From Phyllobates terribilis (Eukaryota), in the NCBI RefSeq assembly GCF_046119375.1, contig NW_027362762.1:516646001-516710000 (forward strand): a DNA stretch of 64,000 nt, read 5' to 3'. A program made the position numbers and the translations under genes. This document shows, in pieces, positions 22,805 through 34,392 of the stretch (positions are counted from its first letter, which is position 1; every line of letters starts with the position of its first letter). The notes under the pieces are model-generated. The model made no database searches, was not told where the DNA came from, and worked only from the letters and a program-made list of their open reading frames with translations.

Positions 22805-24367
22805 CAGTCATGGCCAAAAGTTTTGAGAATGACACCAAAATTATATTTTCACATGATCTGCTGGCCTCTGGTTTTTATTAGTGTTGACTGATGTTTATAT
22901 CACATACAGAAATATAATTGCAATCATATTATGAGTACCAATAGGTTATATTGACAGTTAGAATGAGTTAATGCAGCAAGTCAATATTTGCAGTGTTGCC
23001 CCTTCTTCAAGACCTCTGTAATTCTCCCTGGCATGCTCTCAATCAACTTTTGGACCAAATCCTGACTGATAGCAGTCCATTCTTGCATAATCAATGCTTG
23101 CATTTTGCCAGAATTTGTTGGTTTTCGTTTGTCCACCCGTCTCTTGATGATTGACCACAAGTTCTCAATGGGATTAAGATCTGGGGAGTTTCCAGGCCAT
23201 AGACCCAAAATCTCTATGTTTTGTTCCATGAGCCATTTTGTTATCACCTTTGCTTTATAGCAAGGTGCTCCATCATGCTGGAAAAGGCATTGTTGGGCGC
23301 CAAACTGCTCTTGGACGGTTGGGAGAAGTTGCTCTTGGAGGACATTCTGGTACCATTCTTTATTCATGGCTGTGTTTTTAGGCAAGACTGTGAGTGAGCC
23401 GATTCCCTTGGCTGAGAAGCAACCCCACACATGAATGGTTTCAGGATGCTTTACAGTTGGCATGAGACAAGACTGGTGGTAGCGCTCACCTCTTCTCCGA
23501 ATAAGCTGTTTTCCAGATGTCCCAAACAATCGAAAAGGGGATTCATCAGAGAAAATGACTTTGCCACAGTCCTCAGCAGTCCACTCCCTGTACCTTTTGC
23601 AGAATATCAGTCGGTCCCTGATGTTTTTTCTGGAGAGAAGTGGCTTCTTTGCTGCCCTCCTTGAAACCAGCCCTTGCTCAAAGAGTCTCCACCTCACAGT
23701 GCGTGCAGAAGCACTCACACCAGCCTGCTGCCATTCCTGAGCAAGCTCGGCACTGCTGGTAGTCCGATCCCGCAGCTGAAACAGTTTTAAGATACGGTCC
23801 TGGTGCTTGCTGGTCTTTCTTGGGCGCCCTGGAGCCTTTTTGACAACAATGGAAGCTCCCTCCTTGAAGTTCTTGATGATGCGATAGATTGTTGACTGAG
23901 GTGCAATCTTTGTAGCTGCGATACTCTTCCCTGTTAGGCCATTTTTGTGCAGTGCAATGATGGCTGCACGTGTTTCTTTAGAGATAACCATGGTTAACTG
24001 AAGAGAAACAATGATACCAAGAACCAGCCTCCTTTTAAAGTGTCCAGTGATGTCATTCTTACTTAATCATGACTGATTGATCGCCAGCCCTGTCCTCATC
24101 AACACCCACACCTGTGTTAATGGATCAATCACTAAAACGATGTTAGCTGCTGCTTTTAAGGCAGGACTGCAATGATGTTGAAATGTGTTTTGGGGGTTAA
24201 AGTTCATTTTCTGGGCAAATATTGACTTTGCAAGTACAGTAATTGCTGTTAAGCTGATCACTCTTTGACATTCAGGAGTATATGCAAATTGCCATTACAA
24301 AAAATGAAGCAGTAAACTTTGGAAAAATTACTATTTGTCTCATTCTCAATACTTTTGGCCATGACTG
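22805..24367 (-). mobile_element. Tc1/mariner DD35E (Traveler-type) element, copy 1
   Basis: TA|CAGTCATGGCCAAAAGT...ACTTTTGGCCATGACTG|TA, about 28-30 bp TIRs, single open ORF. Confidence 0.95.
22981..23991 (-). CDS. DD35E transposase, 336 aa, open reading frame
   Basis: HTH region, GRPRKT, FSDES, QHDGAPC, then 35 residues to the E of SPDLNPIE (counted). Confidence 0.85.
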   Translation of the reverse strand: MVISKETRAAIIALHKNGLTGKSIAATKIAPQSTIYRIIKNFKEGASIVVKKAPGRPRKTSKHQDRILKLFQLRDRTTSSAELAQEWQQAGVSASARTVRWRLFEQGLVSRRAAKKPLLSRKNIRDRLIFCKRYREWTAEDCGKVIFSDESPFRLFGTSGKQLIRRRGERYHQSCLMPTVKHPETIHVWGCFSAKGIGSLTVLPKNTAMNKEWYQNVLQEQLLPTVQEQFGAQQCLFQHDGAPCYKAKVITKWLMEQNIEILGLWPGNSPDLNPIENLWSIIKRRVDKRKPTNSGKMQALIMQEWTAISQDLVQKLIESMPGRITEVLKKGQHCKY

Positions 24368-26659
24368 TAGAGTGAACCTGTCATGTCAAAAAACACTATT
24401 AAAATGCAGATATGGGGTTATTCTGAAGGCTAATCGTGTTTTGAAGCCATGCGGCTGCCGCACTAGAAGCCCGGCTGAGGAAATAAATGTTATTCCTCCG
24501 GTCAGCCTCGGACTTTCAGTAATAAATGCGCAGCTTCAGTCACTGCTCAGTACATAGTGAGAAGCGGCTGTGACCTTGTCCCCAGAACTGACAGACGGCA
24601 CAGCAGTACCTTAGTGCTAAGACAGCTGTCAGTCAGTGCTGGGGCCGCCATTCACTATACTGTACCCACTGTACTGAGCGGTGACTGAAGCCGCATCTTT
24701 GTGACTGAAAGCCAGGAGGAATAAAGGTTGCCAGGAGGAATAAAGTTCATTTCTTCCCGGCAGGCAGGCTTTCAGTGTGGCGGTCGCATGGATTCAGGCT
24801 GCTATTACCCTGCAGATTAACCACATATCTGCAGGTTAATAGCATTTTTTAACATGACAGTTCCCTTTAATCTCTCCTATAAAGTAGGAGATTTTTCCAT
24901 TTCTACTTTCTCTAGATATGCTCCTGACTGAAGTGCCCTGGGTTTTCTGTGCGGCTGTATGCATGAAAAAGGGGATTACAGTCCAGCTATGTTGATGACA
25001 GTTGAAGAAATTTCATCCACATGTGTAAGTTTTAGGCAAGGAAATAGAGGCACAGTGCAGGTTTTAAGACCGAATGCATGTCAATTTCACTATAGACTTC
25101 ACTCTACAATCTGGTGGTATGAAATTCATGGTGAATTCTGCATGTTACACTGCACCGCAGGTCAATTTGCTTGTGGATATTTATTCTAATCCCATCCACT
25201 TGGCTAGTACTATACTTTCTGTCCCGTTATGGACTTTTATTATATTGACAAGCTTCTACCAACACTATGTGCCAGAATGCTGAACTGAATTGTTACACTA
25301 TAACCTGTTTTGGTTTTCTTATGTTTTGTTTATATTATTTTGTATTTGGAAAAGCTGGAAAGTTCATTATTCAGGAGCAAACTATATGGGATTTACACAC
25401 CTAAAGGCTTTTCATTTACTAAGATTTGACAACAGGGACATCTACTGGCTGAAAAGGTGCAATGCTCATATTCAGTGGGTTGCGAGAAATAAAAAAAACG
25501 ACTAAATCCACTTTTAGGGCTTTGTAACATTTCTAATGTTTTTTTTCTGCCAGTTTGTTAATCCTGTAGGGAAAAATGTCATTAAAAACACACCCAGAGC
25601 ATGATTTGCCCTAATAAAAACAAAACCTTCACAAAGATTTTGCAAAAATGTTCCAATTTATGTGCAACCTGCAAAAGGATGTGTGTATGAAAACATCATA
25701 AAACGAACTGATCTACAGTGAAATGGATAATTGCCAATATGAACATTTCCGCAATATAGTCTATACTTTGCTTTGTGTACCCGATCTATACCATAGCGTA
25801 ACCAACCACCCAATTTTTAAAAATGATAATGCCAGTCACCGCAAGAAGCATAGTCACATAGCTGTGCGCATCTATTCATATGGCAATGACCTAAACATGT
25901 TTCAGATATTACATATACAGTATAAACGTAATATAAAGTACTGCGGAATAAGTTAGCGCTATAGAAATAAAAATTATTATTATTATTATTAAATGTGCTG
26001 CAGTAAAAATCTTCCCATAGGTTGTCAAATCATTATCTTCTGTTTCCTACATGATCATATCTGCATGTGATCACAGGGACTGCATGGCAGCCAGAGTTTT
26101 CCCTCCCTATATACGTGTATGGGATGGAAGAAAGCCCCTGTGCAATAGCAGTATATGGGCCATTTAATGTCCAATAATGTGCCTCTGACAGAAGCGGTTT
26201 GCTGCTTTGGGGGTGTATGTGGGCCCCCTTCATCTATTGGGCCCCTTTACATAGGTTGTACTAATGATATGTTTGAACCTGCTGTCAGGGCTGGTATTAG
26301 ACAAAGTGGGGCCCTTGGCAAAAGTCTAAAGCAGGGCCCCAAAAGCTAATGTTGCACCATCACACAGAAAGATTTTGGTTATATTTACGTGCGCTGAGTT
26401 CAGGTCATTAGACAAGCGTTATCAATAATATTGAAGTCGTTCGGCTCTAGTTTCCCAACCTCATTACACCGGCTGAGGAAGAATGATGGGCACAGATCAA
26501 TCATTAATAGATCAATCTGTCCCCATACACCTCATGTTATCCGCAGCACATCTGCAGTTTTCACAGGGCGATGTGCTGCTGAGAACAATGATTTTTGTTC
26601 CGGCATAAACAATCCAATTCATCGATGAATAGGCAGCATTTTACTTGTTTAGTATAATA

Positions 26660-27290
26660 CACCCAATAGTCCTCCATATAGCATAATGCACCCCCCATAA
26701 TCCTCCATATAGTATAATGCACACCCCTATAGTCCTCCATATAGTATAATGCACACCCCATAGTCCTCCATATAGTATAATTCACACCCCATAGTCCTCT
26801 ATATTGTATAATGCACACCTCATAGTCCTCCATATAGTACAATGCACTCCCTATAGTATAATGCACCTCATAGTCCTTCATGTAGTATAATGCATGCCCC
26901 ATAGTCCTCCATATAGTATAATGCACCCCATAGTCCTCGATAGAATAGAATGCAGCCCCCATATAGTACATATAGTATAATGCACCCCATAGTCCTTGAT
27001 AAAGTATAATGCAGCTCCCATATTGTACACATAGTATAATGCATATGCCATAAGCCTTGATAAGAGTATAATGCAGCCCTTATACAGTACATATAGTATA
27101 ATGAACACCCCATAGTACTTGATAGAGTATAATGCAGCCCCCATATAGTATAATGCAAAGCACATAGTCCTGGATAGAGTATCATGTAGCCCCCATATAG
27201 TACATACAGTATAATACACAGGCTATAGACCTTGATAGGGTAAAATGCAACCCTCATATAGTATAATGCAGCTCCCATATAGTACATATA
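26660..27290. repeat. Minisatellite, about 31-bp unit (CCCATAGTCCTCCATATAGTATAATGCACAC-like); resumes at 29272-29445
   Basis: Repeated TATAGTATAATGCA core on both sides of the nested Tc1 hybrid. Confidence 0.9.
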
Positions 27291-28365
27291 CAGTCATGGC
27301 CAAAAGTTTTGAGAATGACACCAAAATTATATTTTCACATGATCTGCTGGCCTCTGGTTTTTATTAGTGTTTGTCTGATGTTTATATCACATACAGAAAT
27401 ATAATTGCAATCATATTATGAGTACCAATAGGTTATATTGACAGAATGAGTTAATGCAGCAAGTCAATATTTGCAGTGTTGCCCCTTCTTCTTCAAGACC
27501 TCTGTAATTCTCCCTGGCATGCTCTCAAACAACTTTTGGACAAAATCCTGACTGATAGCAGTCCATTCTTGCATAATTAATGCTTACATTTTGCCAGAAT
27601 TTGTTGGTTTTTGTTTGTCCACCCGTCTCTTGATGATTGACCACAAGTTCTCAATGGGATTAAGATCTGGGGAGTTTCCAGGCCATGGACCCAAAATCTC
27701 TATGTTTTGTTCCATGAGCCATTTAGTTATCACCTTTGCTTTATGGCAAGGTGCTCCATCATGCTGGAAAAGGCATTGTTGGGCGCCAAACTGCTCTTGG
27801 ACGGTTGGGAGAAGTTGCTCTTGGAGGACATTCTGGTACCATTCTTTATTCATGGTTGTGCTTTTAGGCAAGACTGTGAGTGAGCCGATTCCCTTGGCTG
27901 AGAAGCAACCCCACACATGAATGGCTTCAGGATGCTTTACAGTTGGCATGAGACAAGACTGGTGGTAGCGCTCACCTCTTCTTCTCCGAATAAGCTGTTT
28001 TCCAGATGTCCCAAACAATCGAAAAGGGGATTCATCAGAGAAAATGACTTTGCCCCAGTCCTCAGCAGTCCACTCCCTGTACCTTTTGCAGAATATCAGT
28101 CGGTCCCTGATGTTTTTTTCTGGAGAGAAGTGGCTTCTTTGCTGCCCTCCTTGAAACCAGCCCTTGCTCAAAGAGTCTCCGCCTCACAGTGCGTGCAGAA
28201 GCACTCACACCAGCCTGCTGCCATTCCTGAGCAAGCTCGGCACTGCTGGTAGTCCGATCCCGCAGCTGAAACAGTTTTAAGATACGGTCCTGGCGCTTGC
28301 TGGTCTTTCTTGGACGCCCTGGAGCCTTTTTGACAACAATGGAAGCTCCCTCCTTGAAGTTCTTG
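27291..28365 (-). mobile_element. DD35E Traveler-type copy 2, lacking its 5' end (starts at codon KNFKE)
   Basis: Near-identical to copies 1 and 3. One TIR at 27291. Frameshift in an A-run; ORF pieces 28062-28397 and 27584-28171. Confidence 0.9.
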
Positions 28366-29271
28366 CTGTGCGGCCCTCCAAAGAAATGCCATCCCACACC
28401 ATTACTGACCCACTGCCAAACCGGTCATGCTGAAGGATGTTGCAGGCAGCAGATCGCTCTCCACGGCGTCTCCAGACTCTGTCACGTCTGTCACATGTGC
28501 TCAATGTGACCCTGCTTTCATCTGTGAAGAGCACAGGGCGCCAGTGGCGACTTTGCCAATCCTGGTGTTCTGTGGCAAATGCAAAGCGTCCTGCACAGTG
28601 TTGGGCTGTGAGCACAACCCCCATCTGTGGACGTCTGACCCTCATACCACCCTCATGGAGTCGGTTTCTAACAGTTTGTGCAGACACATGCACATTTGTG
28701 GCCTGCTGGAGGTCAATTTGCAGGGCTCTGGCAGTGCTCCTCCTGTTCCTCATTGCACAAAGGCGGAGGTAGCGGTCCTGCTGCTGGGTTGTTGCCCTCC
28801 TACGACCCCCTCCACGTCTCCTGGTGCACTGGCCTGTCTCCTGGTAGCGTCTCCAGCCTCTGGACACTACGCTGACAGACACAGCAAACCTTCTTGCCAC
28901 AGCTCGCATTGATGTGCCATCCGGGATGAGCTGCACTACCTGAGCAACTTCTGTGGGTTGTAGAGTCCGTCTCATGCTACCACGAGTGTGAAAGCACAAC
29001 CAACATTCAAAAGTGAGCAAAACATCAGCCAGAAAGCATTGGTACTGAGATGTGGTCTGTGGTCCCCACCTGCAGAACCACTCCTTTATTGAATAGGTCT
29101 TGATAATTGCCAATAATTTCCATCTATTGTCTATTCCATTTGCACAACAGCATGTGAAATTGATTGTCAATCAGTGTTGCTTCCTAAGTGGACAGTTTGA
29201 TTTCACAGAAGTTTGATTTACTTGGAGTTATATTCTGTTGCTTAAGTATTCCCTTTATTTTTTGAGCAGTG
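28366..29271 (-). mobile_element. 5' half of a different Tc1 family, fused to Traveler copy 2
   Basis: TIR CACTGCTCAAAAAATAAAGGG flanked by TA at 29272. [16 protein letters not shown]...VLFTDESR...[15 protein letters not shown] stops abruptly at the junction. Confidence 0.9.
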
Positions 29272-32200
29272 TATAATGCAGCCCCCATATAATATAATTC
29301 AGACCTTATATGGTATAATTGAGCCCCATATGTTATAATGCAGACCCATAGAGTATTACGCAGCCCCATATAGTATAATGCAGCCCCCATATAGTATAAT
29401 GAAGCCCCCATATAGTATAATGCAGCCCCTGTATAATATAATACTCACCACGTAGTCCTCTAGTATTTTGGCACCACGTACAGATTAAAAAAAATACAAA
29501 ATTCACCTTTCTGTTATGAATCGTGGTTCTGTGCTCCAACCTGGCAATGGAGCAGGTCCGGTGCTAAGCTACTCCGGTCGCAAGCACTGCCATTGTCCTG
29601 ACCCTAGAGGCAGAGTTACTACACGTGCAGGGAAACTGTTCCAATCTTGTGGAGCATTGCGTTCTGATGTTATGGGATGTGTGAGGATGCGGAACGATGT
29701 GTCCTTCACGGATTTCTCTGGCCGGGGAAGATGGGACACTGTCTTCCCTGGTTGCCAGGCAACACAGGATGCTGTTTTTTCTAGTAATAAGCACTGGAGG
29801 GATTTTGTCTAGTCTGCTGTTGAAGCTAGCAGGGAGTGGCTGTTTGAGGATGATTGGGAGGTAATCAACACCTGATCATTAAGCGGGCTGTTTATTGTAG
29901 ATCCCTATGTGCCTGGTGGTGAGTGGTGCTAGCATTAGTCTTGTTATCTTTTCAGGGGTTTTCTCATTTTCTCTTCTGGTTTTACTGGGGTTCTTGCAGA
30001 GGTACTCATCTGGTTCTTTACTAGGCACCAGCCACATCACCAGACACCAGCTGTCCAGCAACAGGGGGCCTGGGAGCTGGAATTTTTTTCTTGTTTTTTG
30101 CATTGATTCCACGTGTGACCACACATTGTTCCTGACGTCGACACGCTGAAATCCGTGGAGGGTGACCTGACTTCCATTTGTTCTCTATTGCTATACACGC
30201 CCTGGGAAGGGCTCTGCCAAAGTCCACCTTCCATTTACTGGGACCTGGGTGAAGAGTATTCCTGGCCCTCAAGTGCTCGCTTAGCTGGGCAGCTTGTGCC
30301 AAGTGCGTCTGTGGCTGCGCCTTTGCTGGTTTGGTGCCAGACTTGCTGGGTCCCTCTGCGAAGCACATAACACGCTCCCCGTGGCTGAGACGTGAGTCGC
30401 AGAGGGGGAATGATAGGAGAGGACGCGCCATCATTGCTTTCAACTGTATCAGCATTAAGATGCTGATACAGTTGAATGTGCGATGCCGGGCGCAGGGCAG
30501 GAGGCGGCGCTGGCACCGGGCCCCCCTTACACACAGGCCTCATAGCGGCCAACTGGTCTGCCACTATTAGCGGTACGCCACTGGCTGAGGCCCCTGGGAG
30601 GGTGGTGGGAGGGCGGGGGCCCAAAGCAAAAATCTAGTTGGCCCTGCCTGCTGTACGGGGGGGCTTTGTATATAGCCTTTCATGCAGCAGCCATGTAACT
30701 TTTCCACTTCCATCATATAAAGCAGCACGGTACTTCTACAGTAGCAGATCTATTACCTCTGTAGTGTTCAAATGAGAGGACAACCGCGAAAGCTGAGCAG
30801 AAGGTCAAACAGATGGAGCGTCCAGTAACTGACCGTAAACAAAAATGTCAAATAACTGATTTAATTACATTTTCATCCTAATGCAAAACTCTAAATCTGC
30901 TGTCTGAATTGGAAACTTCTGACAAACCAGTGACAAGCTGCTATTACTGGAGGTTTCTGCTGCCCGTTCTGACCTCAGTATGCTGCTTGTTAGCTTATGG
31001 TAACATACGCAATGGGTAATGGCAGCAAAATAGGAAACATTTTAGCCTATATTTTGTCACTTTTCATTGGATCATGTATGAATAGAAATGAAAGCAAAAG
31101 TTTAAAGGGAATCTGTCACCAGATTTTTGCTACCCCTTCTGAGAGCAGCATGATGTAGGGGTAGAGACCCTGATTCCCTCATTATTTCAAAACTGCGGTA
31201 AGAAGTCCAGTAATCAGTGTTTTATCTGCTGCAGATCTATCAGTTCTCTGAATGCTAAGCTCTGTATAACCCTGCCCCCATATCATTGATTGCCAGCTAC
31301 CTGTGTACACTGTGCATAGGCAGTAAGCTGTTAATCCGTGGGTTTATACAGCACTCATAAATATAGAGGGCTACACGGCAGCATGTTTATTAGTCCTCTA
31401 GTGATAAAACACTGATTTTATAAAAACTACAGCTAGCATCATAGTGACACATTGCTGTTATTAGGGTCTCTGTCTCTAAATTATGCTGCGCTCAGATGAG
31501 GCATCAAAAACCTGGTGAAAGATTTCCTTCAAGAGGTTTTATTAAATCCATTCTAAGAACAAGAGTAGGGCATATGTCAGCAAATATGTTCTTCAAACAG
31601 AAATCTCCTGATGTCTGCAACCTCCATCCAACTTCATGGAGTTTAAGCTTTCAGTGTTTGCCAGGTTCTCCTTCGGCCTTTATAGGAAACAAATGAAAGT
31701 CAGTCAAATGCCTTAAGCAGTAGAGATCCCAAAACTAGTATCCATGTGGATGGAATCTGTTCCACCGCTTGCCTTTGTTTATGTAACTCTCACTTTTATG
31801 CCTAGCCAAGCCCAGGGTCTGTCGCAGTAAATTTGTAACTGGACTCTGTTTTGTCCGTGTTAGCAGTGTGCATAACATGTATGTAGTTATCTCATCCCTG
31901 GATGTTCTACTGCCTTTAAGGGATTCTATGGTTTTATATAAATGACTTAAATAAGCAAATGCACGTCAATGGTAAATATAACTGAAAAATGTAATGTCCA
32001 ATAAGCATTCATCTATAGTATTCCCACAGCTGTATGAGTTAATTGAGAAGTAGCACAAAAATGGCATAGCTTTTACGTTGCCCAAATCTCTGACGTATCT
32101 TCATGGTTTCAGCTCTTTAGCAGCTGCCAACAATGGCAGCCTTGGCTGTGTCCATCTTTCTATCTTCTTCAACTTTGTGAAAAATGAATATGTTCTCACT

Positions 32201-32825
32201 CATTTAATAGAGAAGTCTACTATTCATTCCATAACTGCTTGCTGTATATAACAGATTCAGCTATTGTATATGGAGGAGTCAGTCTAAGTTAAATACTTGT
32301 CACAAAGATTTGTTTGCCATTTTACTGAAAAAAATACTATGTTGGAGAAATTACCCTGAATCTACCCCAAGTTATAGATGTAAATGTACTATCATGGAGC
32401 TGTAGCATTCCTTTCTTATTGCAAGGACTCATTTGTGCAATGATCAAATTAAAATGATTTTTATATTAATATGGTCTAAACTCATATAGTCCTCTTAATT
32501 GTAAATTAACTTAGTAGTAAAGAACCTCAGGTCCATGGGCTGTTTATGATCTGCGCTGTCATATGGACCGGCTCTGGGACAGACTCCCAGTGGACCACAG
32601 TGCCGTTTTTTCCAGCTGACTGTCTTTTAATTCTTCCGTAGAATGTGCACCATACGCACAGTGTTCTCTACTGGCTGGCAAATCTGTACATGCAACGCTG
32701 GATTATGTCCGACGCTGGCCAGTGTAAGTATGCTGCAGTCGTAGTGTCTCTATTTGATGTATACAGCAGTCTCAGTGTATCCTATGTGATGTAAACACAA
32801 GTCTCAGTGTCTCCTATATGATGTA

Positions 32826-34392
32826 CAGTCATGGCCAAAAGTTTTGAGAATGACACCAAAATTATATTTTCACATGATCTGCTGGCCTCTGGTTTTTATT
32901 AGTGTTTGTCTGATGTTATATCACATACAGAAATATAATTGCAATCATATTATGAGTACCAATAGGTTATATTGACAGTTAGAATGAGTTAATGCAGCAA
33001 GTCAATATTTGCAGTGTTGCCCCTTCTTCTTCAAGACCTCTGTAATTCTCCCTGGCATGCTCTCAATCAACTTTTGGACCAAATCCTGACTGATAGCAGT
33101 TCATTCTTGCATAATCAATGCTTGCATTTTGCCAGAATTTGTTGGTTTTTGTTTGTCCACCCGTCTCTTGATGATTGACCACAAGTTCTCAATGGGATTA
33201 AAATCTGGGGAGTTTCCAGGCCATGGACCCAAAATCTCTATGTTTTGTTCCATGAGCCATTTTGTTATCACCTTTGCTTTATAGCAAGGTGCTCCATCAT
33301 GCTGGAAAAGGCATTGTTGGGCGCCAAACTGCTCTTGGACGGTTGGGAGAAGTTGCTCTTGGAGGACATTCTGGTACCATTCTTTATTCATGGCTGTGTT
33401 TTTAGGCAAGACTGTGAGTGAGCCGATTCCCTTGGCTGAGAAGCAACCCCACACATGAATGGTTTCAGAATGCTTTACAGTTAGCATGAGACAAGACTGG
33501 TGGTAGCGCTCACCTCTTCTTCTCCGAATAAGCTGTTTTCCAGATGTCCCAAACAATCGAAAAGGGGATTCATCAGAGAAAATGACTTTGCCACAGTCCT
33601 CAGCAGTCCACTCCCTGTACCTTTTGCAGAATATCAGTCGGTCCCTGATGTTTTTTCTGGAGAGAAGTGGCTTCTTTGCTGCCCTCCTTGAAACCAGCCC
33701 TTGCTCAAAGAGTCTCCGCCTCACAGTGCGTGCAGAAGCACTCACACCAGCCTGCTGCCATTCCTGAGCAAGCTCGGCACTGCTGGTAGTCCGATCCCGC
33801 AGCTGAAACAGTTTTAAGATACGGTCCTGGCGCTTGCTGGTCTTTCTTGGGCGCCCTGGAGCCTTTTTGACAACAATGGAAGCTCTCTCCTTGAAGTTCT
33901 TGATGATGCGATAGATTGTTGACTGAGGTGCAATCTTTGTAGCTGCGATACTCTTCCCTGTTAGGCCATTTTTGTGCAGTGCAATGATGGCTGCACGTGT
34001 TTCTTTAGAGATAACCATGGTTAACTGAAGAGAAACAATGATACCAAGAACCAGCCTCCTTTTAAAGTGTCCAGTGATGTCATTCTTACTTAATCATGAC
34101 TGATTGATCGCCAGCCCTGTCCTCATCAACACCCACACCTGTGTTAATGGATCAATCACTAAAACGATGTTAGCTGCTCCTTTTAAGGCAGGACTGCAAT
34201 GATGTTGAAATGTGTTTTGGGGGTTAAAGTTCATTTTCTGGTCAAATATTGACTTTCCAAGTACAGTAATTGCTGTTAAGCTGATCACTCTGACATTCAG
34301 GAGTATATGCAAATTGCCATTACAAAAAATGAAGCAGTAAACTTTGGAAAAATTACTATTTGTCTCATTCTCAATACTTTTGGCCATGACTG
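32826..34392 (-). mobile_element. DD35E Traveler-type copy 3, premature stop near the C-terminus
   Basis: TA-flanked TIRs. The 305-aa ORF 33101-34018 ends at TGA where copy 1 has TGG. Inserted in a GTGTATCCTATGTGATGTATA-type minisatellite (about 32750-32825 and 34393-34560). Confidence 0.95.

Larger units (their letters stand above)
26286..30646. mobile_element. Non-autonomous hAT-type element, 4.36 kb, carrying a satellite and nested Tc1 pieces
   Basis: CAGGGC...GCCCTG termini with a perfect 8-bp TSD CCTGCTGT (26278-26285 and 30647-30654). Confidence 0.8.

Noticed and set aside
24916-25024. In-frame TGA in a candidate exon read as selenocysteine
   Set aside because: No selenoprotein motif recognised and no SECIS identified; more likely UTR or non-coding.
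26561-27287. Tyr/His-rich ORFs (HYTIWR..., LYYM...)
   Set aside because: Satellite translations.
29700-30460. Possible retroelement gag or LTR fragment on the minus strand
   Set aside because: No diagnostic motif or boundaries that I can defend; left unclassified.
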